From Candidatus Gastranaerophilales bacterium (lineage in GTDB: Bacteria > Cyanobacteriota > Vampirovibrionia > Gastranaerophilales > Gastranaerophilaceae): DNA of 64,000 bases. The stretch covers positions 175 to 64,174 of the forward strand of contig CALUWB010000002.1 in the NCBI GenBank assembly GCA_944324375.1. Reading direction: 5' to 3'. This document shows positions 8,552-18,737 of the stretch, piece after piece; within the stretch, counting starts at the first letter, position 1, and each line of letters opens with the position of its first letter. A program made the translations under genes and the position numbers. The notes under the pieces were generated by a model. It was given only the letters and a program-made list of their open reading frames with translations. It made no database searches and was not told the origin of the DNA.

Positions 8552-10063
8552 GTGAATATTTATCAAGATCTAGAGGCACAAAGATTACATAGAAACCAAA
8601 CCAGAACACAAATCAAAACATCAAATTTAGTTAAAGAAGGAGTATTAGTAAATTCTAATGTTCCATTAAACGACTCTTATAATTCAATGTTGATTTCTGA
8701 TTCTGTTGAGATGCCTAACAAGTTGTATGAAAGAAATACCAAAAAAGAAAAAGGTTTACTCCCAATAGCTGCAGCGACAACAGGGTTTATGGGTTTAGTT
8801 GCAGCAGGAACTGCACTTTTAGCAAAATCTGCTAAAGATACTGTGGAAGTTGATTTAGCTAAAAAACTTCCTTCTATGACAAGAAATGTTTGTATAAATG
8901 AAGAAATCAATCAAGCAATATATAGAATGGTTGCATCTCCTAGTAAAAAAGCAACAAAGGCAATGCTTGGTGTTGCAGCTATTTCATCAATGGGATTTAT
9001 GGGTAAAACCTTCTGTGATGGGTTTAGAGATGTTTGGGTGAAGAAAAAAGAGGCTGATATCCATAAAAACTTACAAGAAAATCTTATAGCAGTAGAAACT
9101 CAATCTTTTGCAGGTAAATTACAGATTAATAGAAGTCTTTTAGCTGAAAAGGCAAAAGAATTTTCAAAGGTCTTGGCTGAAAACCCTGAAACGGCTGAAA
9201 ACTTCAAAAGTCATCATATTCATTTCAAATCAAATAAGTCAAAAGATACTAGTAACAAAAAACAAAAATCTTCATTCCTCAAAAATCTAGGTTATTTTGC
9301 TCTAGGTGCTGTATCTTTAGCTGCAATTACAGGTTTTGGATATATTTCGATGAAAAATATTCGAAAAAGTGTTTCTTCGATGAAAGAAGGACGTGAAAAG
9401 GTTAAAGAATCAATCAACTTTATAATTGAGAGTATGAAAAATCATTCTCCAGAAACACTTGGAGTTGAAGGACATAATGAAGCAAAAAAATTAAATAGTA
9501 ATAACATAAAAAATCTGCTTGTATCAATGGACGCAACCCCTGAAGAAGTTGCAGAAACTGCTAAAAAAATGCACTGGCATAATGATGAACAGCAAAAAGA
9601 ATTTATTGAAGATACATTATTCACAATAAGAAAATCAACAGAAAAAGCTAACAGTGCTCTAGGTGGTTCAGGTGAAGACAGAAACACTTTCTATTCACAC
9701 GTTAATGATTATACTGCATTCTTCTATAACTGGATGCTTGATTCATCTAACAAACAATTCAAAAGTCTTTTCTTAGGAATAACAGGAGCAACTGCTGCAA
9801 CATATTTAGGTAAAACAACAGGAGAAGCTATAAAAGATGTTCAGGTAAAAAAATATAATGCAGAAACTGAGCTTTCTCTACAACAAAGACTTGTTGCAAC
9901 AGAATTAAGAAACTTCAAATCTAAAAAAGAAGCATCTATTCAACCATTATGTGATGAATTTTACAGACAAAAAGATAATGGCAAGCCTAAAGAAGAACTA
10001 AAGGTTATGGCTGATAGTATATTAGGAGAAATCAAAAACGGTCCTCCTTATGTATATTCATAG
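8552..10063 (+). CDS. Hypothetical membrane-associated protein
   Basis: 503-aa ORF with a GTG start, 24 nt after the preceding gene. It has several Gly/Ala-rich hydrophobic segments (LLPIAAATTGFMGLVAAGTALLA, MLGVAAISSMGFMG, LGYFALGAVSLAAITGFGYISM, LFLGITGATAATYLG). No family recognised. Confidence 0.75.
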   Translation: MNIYQDLEAQRLHRNQTRTQIKTSNLVKEGVLVNSNVPLNDSYNSMLISDSVEMPNKLYERNTKKEKGLLPIAAATTGFMGLVAAGTALLAKSAKDTVEVDLAKKLPSMTRNVCINEEINQAIYRMVASPSKKATKAMLGVAAISSMGFMGKTFCDGFRDVWVKKKEADIHKNLQENLIAVETQSFAGKLQINRSLLAEKAKEFSKVLAENPETAENFKSHHIHFKSNKSKDTSNKKQKSSFLKNLGYFALGAVSLAAITGFGYISMKNIRKSVSSMKEGREKVKESINFIIESMKNHSPETLGVEGHNEAKKLNSNNIKNLLVSMDATPEEVAETAKKMHWHNDEQQKEFIEDTLFTIRKSTEKANSALGGSGEDRNTFYSHVNDYTAFFYNWMLDSSNKQFKSLFLGITGATAATYLGKTTGEAIKDVQVKKYNAETELSLQQRLVATELRNFKSKKEASIQPLCDEFYRQKDNGKPKEELKVMADSILGEIKNGPPYVYS

Positions 10064-10102
10064 GGGTAGGGGTAAATATATTCACAAATTGAAAAGGTAA
10101 AA

Positions 10103-10561
10103 ATGATAAATTCACCGGTATTTAGACAATTCAAGCAACAACAACATTTCAAACCGATAGAACTTCCTAACGAGAATAGGAATTATTGTCTTGTTGATAA
10201 AAATAAGGTAGATTTCTACGTAAATCAAAGAGAAAAAGCTCTACCTAAGCTTGAAAATATTCTGAAAAAATCTAACGATGAAAAAGAGGTTACTGAAACC
10301 TTATATATTGTTGATCAAATGATTGATAATGGTGTCAAAGGTGTTGATAAAATGTACCCAACATTATCAAGATTTAATGATACAAAATCACCTAATATCC
10401 AAACATTTTTGGCTGGGATTTATCGTAAAACAAAAGTTCCTGATGCCTTTGGACCTTTATGTACAATGCTTATACAAAACTCTATAAATCCCCCTAAAAC
10501 ACCTCAATATTTTAATCCAAATGAAGAAATCGGCGGAGCTATTTTAAGTTACTTGGCATAA
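10103..10561 (+). CDS. Hypothetical soluble protein
   Basis: 152-aa ORF with AAAGG upstream, 39 nt after the preceding gene. No family recognised. Confidence 0.7.
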   Translation: MINSPVFRQFKQQQHFKPIELPNENRNYCLVDKNKVDFYVNQREKALPKLENILKKSNDEKEVTETLYIVDQMIDNGVKGVDKMYPTLSRFNDTKSPNIQTFLAGIYRKTKVPDAFGPLCTMLIQNSINPPKTPQYFNPNEEIGGAILSYLA

Positions 10562-10608
10562 AATATTAAATTCTTTTATTTGATTTACCCCTGTGCTAAA
10601 ATATTTTT

Positions 10609-11259
10609 ATGGAAGTTATAAAGAATTTTCTAAAAAAGTTGGATAGAAGATACTTTTCTCGAATGCAAAAAAAACAAAAAATCTATTTAGGCGTTTTTGT
10701 TGGAATTGCAGTAGTTTTATTTTGGGCATTTATTAGTGCTGGCGTTATTACCCACAACTTTAACAGAAATATTTTAAAGGGAAATACTGATCAACAAGAA
10801 TTAGATGTTAAAAGCATGATTTTGACTGAATCTAAAGAAGGTCAAAAGTCTTGGGAAATTTATGGGGAAACAGGTGAATATTCAAGTGACCATAAAATTG
10901 CAACATTAAATAACTTAATAGGGAATTTTTATAAAGATAATAAAGTTAATATGAGTTTCCAATCTTCAAAAGGAACTTATAATGAAGAAACTCATAACAT
11001 AGATTTGTATGAAAATACTTATGTTGTTTTAGAAAATGACATAACGGTAACTGCAGATCACGTTACATATTATAGTGATTCTAAAATTATTACTGCAAAT
11101 GGACATGTTAAAATCAACAGACAAGGTACATTTATTGCAACAGCTGATGAGGCTGTTGTAAATTCTGATTTTAGTACATTTAAAATAAAAGGACATACAC
11201 AAACAAATATATATGAATCTAAAGATTCAAAAGGGGCAACTGCTTCGAAAGGGTTATAA
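10609..11259 (+). CDS. lptC: LptC-like LPS export protein (N-terminal membrane anchor plus OstA-type beta-jellyroll)
   Basis: 216-aa ORF with one N-terminal TM helix (IYLGVFVGIAVVLFWAFISAGVI). This is followed by alternating-strand sequence typical of LptC. It lies immediately upstream of, and overlaps by 1 nt with, an OstA/LptA-like gene. Confidence 0.6.
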   Translation: MEVIKNFLKKLDRRYFSRMQKKQKIYLGVFVGIAVVLFWAFISAGVITHNFNRNILKGNTDQQELDVKSMILTESKEGQKSWEIYGETGEYSSDHKIATLNNLIGNFYKDNKVNMSFQSSKGTYNEETHNIDLYENTYVVLENDITVTADHVTYYSDSKIITANGHVKINRQGTFIATADEAVVNSDFSTFKIKGHTQTNIYESKDSKGATASKGL

Positions 11260-12248
11260 TGAATAAAAGAAAATTTTTAACGATAATATCATTACTATTT
11301 TTATTTTTGAGCGCTGTAACTATTGGTTCAGACTTAATTATTGAATCAAGAACTCAAACTTATTCTGAAAAAGATAGCTTAATTAAATTTTTAGGCGACG
11401 TAAAAGTTCGTTATGATGATATTACAATTGTCGGGGATAAAGCTGATGTATCAGTAACGAAAGATAATAAACTTGATACAGCAACATTCCATGATAAGCC
11501 GTATGCTTTTCAAATCCAAAATAACAAAAAAAGAGAAGTTAAAGCTAATATAATGAAATTTTCGTTATTAACAAAAGTATTAAGAGCAGAAGGTGACACC
11601 CAAACAATTGTTACTGAAGGTAAAACACCTATTGCTATTATAAATGCGAATGAACAAGAATATGATACAAATACAAATGTAATGACTGCAACCGGAACTG
11701 TATCTATAAAATATCGTGATATGACAGCTTTTTCTGATAAGGCAATTGTTAAAACAGACAAAAGTGGAAATGTAAAAAGACTTGATTTAGTAGGGAATGC
11801 AAAGATTAACCAAACTAAAAACCACGCTCAAGCTGATCATTTCATTTATACTATGGACACTGAAGAAATGGTTGCGATTGGAAATACAGTTACTACAACA
11901 GTAACCGATAATGGTTCTGAATTTAAAGTTACTGCTAGATATCAACAGTATGACAAAAAGAACAATGTCTTTATGGGTAGTGGTAATGTTCAAGTATATT
12001 ATCAAGATTATTATGCAAAATCTCCTAAGATGACTTGTTACCCTGACAAAGCTACAAAAAAAATTAACGAAGTTTATATGACAGGTCGTTCTATGATTCG
12101 TCAAGATTATAAAGAAATTCACGCCGATAAGATAAAAATTATTGTTGATCCTAAAAACTTTGAGGCAGTGGGAAATGTTAAAACTATTATTAAAGATATT
12201 GATTCAAATACAAAAGATAAAGATGGCAAAGACGGAGGATTCTTATAA
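11259..12248 (+). CDS. lptA: LptA/OstA-family periplasmic protein (apparently two OstA-like modules)
   Basis: 329-aa ORF with a signal-like N-terminus (FLTIISLLFLFLSAVTIG). It has repeated 'GDVKV..DDITIVGDKADV' and 'GNAKINQTKNHAQADHFIY' type strands, as in OstA_N domains. Confidence 0.6.
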   Translation: MNKRKFLTIISLLFLFLSAVTIGSDLIIESRTQTYSEKDSLIKFLGDVKVRYDDITIVGDKADVSVTKDNKLDTATFHDKPYAFQIQNNKKREVKANIMKFSLLTKVLRAEGDTQTIVTEGKTPIAIINANEQEYDTNTNVMTATGTVSIKYRDMTAFSDKAIVKTDKSGNVKRLDLVGNAKINQTKNHAQADHFIYTMDTEEMVAIGNTVTTTVTDNGSEFKVTARYQQYDKKNNVFMGSGNVQVYYQDYYAKSPKMTCYPDKATKKINEVYMTGRSMIRQDYKEIHADKIKIIVDPKNFEAVGNVKTIIKDIDSNTKDKDGKDGGFL

Positions 12249-13015
12249 TGACAGCAAAAACGGATTCTGCTTTAGAATTTTATAAACAAGGAAAATATAA
12301 AGAAGCGATTGACGTTTTTAGTACAATCTTAGAGCATGATGAAGGAAATGCTGAAGTTTATAATAATATGGGATTATGCTATGCAAAATTAAATGATTTT
12401 GAACAAGCTGAAAAAGCATATAATAAATCTATTGAACTTAATCCTACTATTCCTCAGGCATATATTAATTTGTCAGATTTGTATTACAAGAATAACGAAT
12501 TAGGAAATTCTATCGGAACATTAGAGCGTGGAACTTATGAAATGGAAGATAATATGGTTCTAGCTCATATGCTAGCAAGGGTTTATCTTGATGATTCAAG
12601 ATATGATATGGCGATTGTTGAATTAGAAAAAGTTTTAGATAAAGAACCTGAAAATTATGATGCTTACTATGATTTAGGTAGAGTTTATTTTGAACTTGGA
12701 GATTATGAAGCTGCGATTAGTAATTTTGAAAACGTTATAGAATACAAAGAAGACAACGAATTTTTATATTACTATCTTGCTCAATCTTATGAAGGAAACA
12801 ACGAAATTGATAAAGCTATTTCTAATTATTTAAAAGCTGTAACTGTTAATACAAAATTTGCAGTTGCATATAAAAAATTAGGAGTTTTATTCTTAGCAAG
12901 AAATGATTTTGAAGATGCTATCGAGTATTTTGAAGATTATATGAATTTAGACATTCCTGATGAAGAAAAAGAAAATATTAAAAAACTTGTTGAGAGAATT
13001 AAAGCAAAATTATAA
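12248..13015 (+). CDS. Tetratricopeptide-repeat protein
   Basis: 255-aa ORF with several 34-aa TPR units (..A..Y.KAIELNP..A.AY.NLG..Y). Its start overlaps the lptA-like stop. Confidence 0.85.
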   Translation: MTAKTDSALEFYKQGKYKEAIDVFSTILEHDEGNAEVYNNMGLCYAKLNDFEQAEKAYNKSIELNPTIPQAYINLSDLYYKNNELGNSIGTLERGTYEMEDNMVLAHMLARVYLDDSRYDMAIVELEKVLDKEPENYDAYYDLGRVYFELGDYEAAISNFENVIEYKEDNEFLYYYLAQSYEGNNEIDKAISNYLKAVTVNTKFAVAYKKLGVLFLARNDFEDAIEYFEDYMNLDIPDEEKENIKKLVERIKAKL

Positions 13016-13018
13016 ATT

Positions 13019-14107
13019 ATGAATACTAAATATTGGGTTGCTTTATCTTCAATAGAATCTATAGATTCAATATTTATCCAAAAGATTTATGAGTATTTTG
13101 GGGATATTGAGCGTGCTTATAATGCATCTAAGACAGAACTTTCTAATATTGAAGGCTTGAGTGTAAAAAAGACTGAATATTTTTTAGAAAATAGAGCAAA
13201 ACAAAATATTGATGAAATATATGATACAGTAGAAAAACGAGGAATAAAAGTTTTAACTTTTGATGATGAAAAATATCCAAAAATGTTAAAAGAAATTTCA
13301 AATCCTCCTATGGTTTTGTATTACAAAGGTGATTTATTTTCTTGCAATTTAGACAAAACTTTAGCCGTTGTAGGTTCAAGAAGAGCAAGTTTTAATGGAA
13401 AAGAAAGTTTAAAAAAAATACTTAATGGACTCGCAGGTACTGATATTTGTATTGTATCAGGTTTAGCATCAGGTATTGACACTTTATCTCATCAATTGGC
13501 AATAGATAATAATTTAAAAACGATAGGTGTTATTGCTAGTGGTTTTGATTTTACTTACCCTGCATCAAATAAAAAATTATACGAAGATATAATTAACGGA
13601 AATGGAGCAATAGTTACAGAATATTATCCCACATTTGAGCCTTTGAAATATCGTTTCCCTCAAAGGAACAGAATAGTTTCAGGACTATCTTATGGGACAT
13701 TAGTAGTAGAAGCTGCGTTAAAAAGTGGAGCATTAATTACTGCAAATGTTGCATTAGAACAAGGTCGAGAATTGATGTGTATCCCTGGACTTATTACCAA
13801 TCCGAATACTGAAGGAATTTATAAATTATTGAAAACAGGAGCAAGTTTGATAACTGAATCAGATGATGTTTTGAATGCTTTAAATTGGGAAATTATAAAA
13901 AATAATGACAATTTTGAAGAATCAGATGATTTAAGCATTGACGAGAAAAAAATTCTTTATACAATAAATATAGAGCCAAAGAATTTTGATGAAGTCCAAA
14001 ATGAAACTAATATCCCAACAGATGATTTGTTGGTTTTATTAACAACCTTAGAACTAAAAGGAAAATTAGAACAAATAGTTGGCGATAGGTATGCCATAAT
14101 AAGATAA
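13019..14107 (+). CDS. dprA: DNA-processing protein DprA (Smf)
   Basis: 362-aa ORF. AVVGSRRAS...GLASGIDTLSHQLAI...RFPQRNRIVSGLS...VVEAALKSGALITA match DprA Rossmann-domain motifs. Confidence 0.9.
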   Translation: MNTKYWVALSSIESIDSIFIQKIYEYFGDIERAYNASKTELSNIEGLSVKKTEYFLENRAKQNIDEIYDTVEKRGIKVLTFDDEKYPKMLKEISNPPMVLYYKGDLFSCNLDKTLAVVGSRRASFNGKESLKKILNGLAGTDICIVSGLASGIDTLSHQLAIDNNLKTIGVIASGFDFTYPASNKKLYEDIINGNGAIVTEYYPTFEPLKYRFPQRNRIVSGLSYGTLVVEAALKSGALITANVALEQGRELMCIPGLITNPNTEGIYKLLKTGASLITESDDVLNALNWEIIKNNDNFEESDDLSIDEKKILYTINIEPKNFDEVQNETNIPTDDLLVLLTTLELKGKLEQIVGDRYAIIR

Positions 14108-14122
14108 GAGGAATTGTAATTA

Positions 14123-16441
14123 ATGAGTCCAGCAGCGACTAAAAAAGAAGAAAAAGAAGTTAAAATGAAAACTACAAAGTCATCCAAAAAATCTGATGAC
14201 AATGGGAAAGTTTTGGTTATAGTTGAGTCGCCTGCAAAATCTAAAACTATTAAAAAGATTTTAGGCTCAAATTATCAAATTGAAGCTAGTTTCGGGCATA
14301 TTAGAGATTTTCCTAAAAATGTTTTAGGTTTTGATGTAGAAAAAGATTTTGAACCCTCATTTATTATTATTCCTGAAAAGAAAAAAGTTGTTACTAAATT
14401 AAACGAATTAGCTAAAAAATCAGATAAAATTTTACTGGCTTCCGACCCTGACCGTGAGGGAGAAGCAATCGCATGGCATGTTAGACAGGTTTTGAATGTG
14501 CCTGATGATAAGATTTTTAGAATTGAGTTTAACGAAATTACTCCAAAAGCTGTTAAATATGCTGTTGAGCATTCTCGTCAAATTGATATGGATAGAGTAA
14601 AAGCTCAACAAACAAGACAAATCTTAGATAAGCTTGTAGGGTATAAATTATCACCTGTTTTATGGAAACAATTAGGGAATTATCACTTATCAGCAGGTAG
14701 AGTTCAATCTGTTGCTTTGCGTATGATATGCGAAAGAGAAGATGAGATTGAAGCATTTGTACCTGTAGAATATTGGTCTGTCACTGTTAAATTAGAAAAA
14801 GACGGTAAAGTATTTGATGCTGAACTTGTTAAATTTGAAGATGAAAAAATTGAAATCGAAAATGAAGAACAAGCTCAAAAAATAAAAGAATATTTAGAAG
14901 ATAAAACAAGAGAATACATCGTTTCAAAAATTACAAATAGAGAAACTAAACGTAAACCAACAGCTCCTTTTATAACATCAACACTACAAAGAGAAGCAAG
15001 TTCAAAGTTGGGTTATGGTGTTTCTAAAACAATGCAAATTGCTCAAAAATTGTATGAAGGTATTGAACTTGAAGAAGGTTCTGTGGGTTTAATTACTTAT
15101 ATGAGAACCGATAGTGTGAGAATATCTGATGACGCTCAAGCTATGGCAAAAGATTTTATTCTTAATAATTATGGAGAAAAATATTATCCTGAAACTCCTA
15201 ATAATTATGTAAAAGCAAAGAAAAATGTTCAAGATGCTCACGAAGCAATCAGACCTTCTTATCCAGAAAGAACTCCTGAAAGTATAAAAAAATATTTAAC
15301 TCCTGAACAATATAAATTATACAAACTAATTTGGAACAAGTTTATGGCTTCTCAAATGTCAAATGCTGTTGTTGCAAATAAATCTGTCGAAATAACTTGT
15401 GGAGATTATACTTTAAAAACAGGTACAAGTAAGGTTTTATTTGATGGATTTTTAAAATTATATAATGATTCTGAAGAAGATGAAGAATTATCTAAAATCC
15501 CTGATTTGAATAAAGATGACAAGTTAGAGTACAAAGAAGTTTTACCAAAACAACATTTTACTCAACCACCTCCAAGATATAGTGAAGCATCCTTAGTTAA
15601 GGCTTTAGAAGAATATGGAATCGGTCGTCCATCTACTTACGCATCAATTATTACTAAAATTCAAACTCGTAAGTATGTCGAAAAACAAGACAAAGCTCTT
15701 GTTCCAACATTCTTAGGCAGAACAGTTTCTAAACAGTTAGTAAGCCAGTTTACTGATATTATGGACTACGCATTTACAGCTGGTATGGAAGAAAAGTTAG
15801 ATAAAATTGCTGATAAAAAAGCTGTTTGGAATAAAGTTTTGAAAGAATTTTATGACCCATTTATGGATAACGTAAATGATGTAATGGCAAATGCAGGAAG
15901 AATTAAGATAGAAAGTGATGTTACTTGTCCTAATTGTGGAAGAAAAATGCTTATTAGAACAAGTCGTTTTGGAAGTCAGTTCTTAGGGTGTTCAGGCTAT
16001 CCTGAATGTAAGACAATATTGCCAATGAATGTTAGTGGAGAAAATCCTCAACCAGCAGAATCAGAAAAAGCAGAAGAGAAATGCGAAAAATGTGGTGGGG
16101 ATATGATTATCAAAACAGGTCCTTATGGCAAATATCTTGAATGTCTATCATGCCAGAATAGAAAAAGTTTTGTAAAATCAACAGGAGTAACTTGTCCGAA
16201 ATGTGGACAAGGACAGATTGTAGAAAGAAAATCTAAATATGGAAAAGTTTTCTATGGTTGTAACAAATACCCTGATTGTGATTTTGTATTATGGAACGAG
16301 CCAACAGGAGATATTTGCCCTGAGTGCAAATCTTTGATTGTAAAAAGAATTACAAAAAATGGTGAAAAATTAGAATGTTCAAATCGTTCTTGTAATTATA
16401 AACCTGAAGAAAAAAAAGAAGGTGATGATAATAATGTATAA
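14123..16441 (+). CDS. topA: DNA topoisomerase I
   Basis: 772-aa ORF. It has a Toprim domain (VIVESPAKSKTI, DPDREGEAIAWH), the active-site region GLITYMRTDS and several C-terminal CxxC...CxxC zinc ribbons. Confidence 0.97.
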   Translation: MSPAATKKEEKEVKMKTTKSSKKSDDNGKVLVIVESPAKSKTIKKILGSNYQIEASFGHIRDFPKNVLGFDVEKDFEPSFIIIPEKKKVVTKLNELAKKSDKILLASDPDREGEAIAWHVRQVLNVPDDKIFRIEFNEITPKAVKYAVEHSRQIDMDRVKAQQTRQILDKLVGYKLSPVLWKQLGNYHLSAGRVQSVALRMICEREDEIEAFVPVEYWSVTVKLEKDGKVFDAELVKFEDEKIEIENEEQAQKIKEYLEDKTREYIVSKITNRETKRKPTAPFITSTLQREASSKLGYGVSKTMQIAQKLYEGIELEEGSVGLITYMRTDSVRISDDAQAMAKDFILNNYGEKYYPETPNNYVKAKKNVQDAHEAIRPSYPERTPESIKKYLTPEQYKLYKLIWNKFMASQMSNAVVANKSVEITCGDYTLKTGTSKVLFDGFLKLYNDSEEDEELSKIPDLNKDDKLEYKEVLPKQHFTQPPPRYSEASLVKALEEYGIGRPSTYASIITKIQTRKYVEKQDKALVPTFLGRTVSKQLVSQFTDIMDYAFTAGMEEKLDKIADKKAVWNKVLKEFYDPFMDNVNDVMANAGRIKIESDVTCPNCGRKMLIRTSRFGSQFLGCSGYPECKTILPMNVSGENPQPAESEKAEEKCEKCGGDMIIKTGPYGKYLECLSCQNRKSFVKSTGVTCPKCGQGQIVERKSKYGKVFYGCNKYPDCDFVLWNEPTGDICPECKSLIVKRITKNGEKLECSNRSCNYKPEEKKEGDDNNV

Positions 16442-17273
16442 ATTAGGAATAATCGGTTATCCTTTAGGTCATTCAATATCTGCAGTAATTCAAAAAGCTG
16501 GATTTGAATCACTTAATTTAGATGCAAGTTATGAAGTTTTAGAAACTCCTCCAGAAAACTTAATCGATAGAATAAAATTTCTAAAAAGAAACGATTTCAA
16601 CGGATTCAATGTTACAATTCCTTTAAAAGTTCCTGTATCATTATTTGTTAATGATATTGATGATGATGCAAATATTGCAGGATGTGTAAATACTGTAAAA
16701 ATAGATGCTGATAAGAATTTCTTTGGATATAATACTGATATTTATGGATTTATGACTGCAATTCCTAAAAATGTTGATTTAAAAGGCAAAAGCGCAGCAA
16801 TTTTAGGAACAGGTGGAGCATCTCGTGCAGCTGCTGTTGGATTAGTTAGAAAAGGAATTGAAGAAATTGATTTTTACACAAGAAATATAATCAATTCTCA
16901 ACAATCAATTAATTATTTGAGAGCAAAATTTCCAACAATAAAATTTGAAGCACACCAAATACAAAATGCTAGAGATTTTTCTAAATATTCAATACTTGTA
17001 AACGCAACTCCAATTGGAATGAGAGGTTTCGCAATGGACGAAACACCTGTGGAATATGAAACTTTGAAAACTCTTAAACTTGATTCTGTTGTGTATGATA
17101 TTGTTTATAATCCAATGGATACAATATTACTTCAATATGCTAAAAAGTTGAATTTACAAACAGTTGAAGGCTTAGATATGCTGATTTATCAAGCAGAAAA
17201 AGCTATCAATATATGGACCGGAAAATCTCCTGATGTTCAAACAATGAAAATAGCAGCATTAAAAGCGCTATAA
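16434..17273 (+). CDS. aroE: Shikimate 5-dehydrogenase
   Basis: The ORF-track frame opens at GTG 16422. ATG 16434 (MYKLGIIGYPLGHSIS) is preferred because AGGTGA lies 8 nt upstream. SKS-like HSIS, NVTIPLK, NTD and GTGGASRA motifs are present. Confidence 0.9.
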   Translation: MYKLGIIGYPLGHSISAVIQKAGFESLNLDASYEVLETPPENLIDRIKFLKRNDFNGFNVTIPLKVPVSLFVNDIDDDANIAGCVNTVKIDADKNFFGYNTDIYGFMTAIPKNVDLKGKSAAILGTGGASRAAAVGLVRKGIEEIDFYTRNIINSQQSINYLRAKFPTIKFEAHQIQNARDFSKYSILVNATPIGMRGFAMDETPVEYETLKTLKLDSVVYDIVYNPMDTILLQYAKKLNLQTVEGLDMLIYQAEKAINIWTGKSPDVQTMKIAALKAL

Positions 17274-18734
17274 ACTATTTATAAGTGTTTTTTTGATTGG
17301 TAAATCTTCATTTAAATATGGATGTATTGGAGCTGTTTGCTTATCTTTATTTTCAAAATTTAACTGCAATTCCGTAGGATAAGTTGTATAGTAATTAGTT
17401 ATATAATATCTCCCATTTGAATCAACTAAACCTGCATAATTAGGATAAGCTGTTTCATAAGCATTTAATTTTATTGTTTCACCATTTAAAATATTATGAA
17501 TATTTGTTGCACTCCTTATATTTTCACGGCTTTTTGAAATAATTATATTTGTTCTTTTAACCTCTGAATTTTCAGGAGAATAAATTTTATTTAATCTTTC
17601 AGAGATACTTGGCTTAGTATTTATATAACCTAATAACCTTTTATAGCTATAGATATTCTGCTTTATAGATCTTTTATCTGTAATAATTCTTTTTTCAGCA
17701 TTATAATCATTCTGATAGAGTTTCTCTAATTTAGTACATATATCATTATAAAGATTTCTTAAATCTTGCTCTCTATAACCTTCTGTTCCCTTACTTGAAT
17801 TATCAGCTGCTCTTGCGATTATATTAAATTTTGGATTATCTAGAAGTGGAGTAAACGTAAAAAAAACATTTGCCATTCGTGTTGTATACAAATCTCTAAA
17901 TTTTTCTGCTTTTTCTATATTTCCACCTTTCCTTAAACTTACTTCTCTTGTATGCAATACATGATAAGGATTTAAAGATATATTAAAATCTGATATCTCA
18001 TCAAAATGATCTGGATCACTATAATATTCGGCATATTTTTCAGCTCTTTCTTGAGCTTTTTTATCATTTGGACTCCAACCTGCAGTATCAAATATTTGAG
18101 GTTTTCCAAATGAATCCTTTAATCTTAATGCGATATCAATAAAATCATGTTCATTTCCTTCATTATCTTTTAATTTAATATCAATACAATCAGCATCATG
18201 AAAAGATGTCATATATGGATCATCGTCCATGATATCTCTCGTAATTGGAAAGCCTAATCTATTGTTTAATTCTTTGAATCCATCTGTTAAGGTTTTAAAA
18301 TCATTCCAACTCATTTTATTAATATGGTTATTGTCTTCTCTAATTGGAGGATTAGCTCCGGCATAACAATGACTACAAACATTATGACAACCTCTATTAA
18401 TAGCAACTTCATTTATTGTTGAACCAATAAATGCAATCTCCTTCATATTAAGACCTTTAAAAACCTTAATACCTTCTTGAATTCCATCAAGTTTATTTAA
18501 ATCCAGATCATAAATTTCTATATTATTAATATCATCAAAGTCTTTTTTAGCATTATCTAAATAATTTTTTGCTTTAAAATAATTATCTGATATCCCATTT
18601 AATTGTATATTTCCATAACTTGAAACCGGAACCGAAACAATTTTGTTTAATACATAATTATTCTGTTCTTTATACTTATTTTCTTTTTTACTACTTGTTT
18701 TACTAAATTTTAAGGGGATAAATGTTAATTTCAT
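17268..18734 (-). CDS. Hypothetical protein with a radical-SAM-type CX3CX2C cluster motif
   Basis: 488-aa ORF. AINRGCHNVCSHCYAG contains C-x3-C-x2-C followed by an aromatic residue, as in radical SAM cores. No clear GGE or other downstream rSAM motif was recognised by eye. It starts 3 nt after the stop of the 155-aa gene. Confidence 0.55.
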   Translation of the reverse strand: MKLTFIPLKFSKTSSKKENKYKEQNNYVLNKIVSVPVSSYGNIQLNGISDNYFKAKNYLDNAKKDFDDINNIEIYDLDLNKLDGIQEGIKVFKGLNMKEIAFIGSTINEVAINRGCHNVCSHCYAGANPPIREDNNHINKMSWNDFKTLTDGFKELNNRLGFPITRDIMDDDPYMTSFHDADCIDIKLKDNEGNEHDFIDIALRLKDSFGKPQIFDTAGWSPNDKKAQERAEKYAEYYSDPDHFDEISDFNISLNPYHVLHTREVSLRKGGNIEKAEKFRDLYTTRMANVFFTFTPLLDNPKFNIIARAADNSSKGTEGYREQDLRNLYNDICTKLEKLYQNDYNAEKRIITDKRSIKQNIYSYKRLLGYINTKPSISERLNKIYSPENSEVKRTNIIISKSRENIRSATNIHNILNGETIKLNAYETAYPNYAGLVDSNGRYYITNYYTTYPTELQLNFENKDKQTAPIHPYLNEDLPIKKTLINSL

Positions 18735-18737
18735 AAT

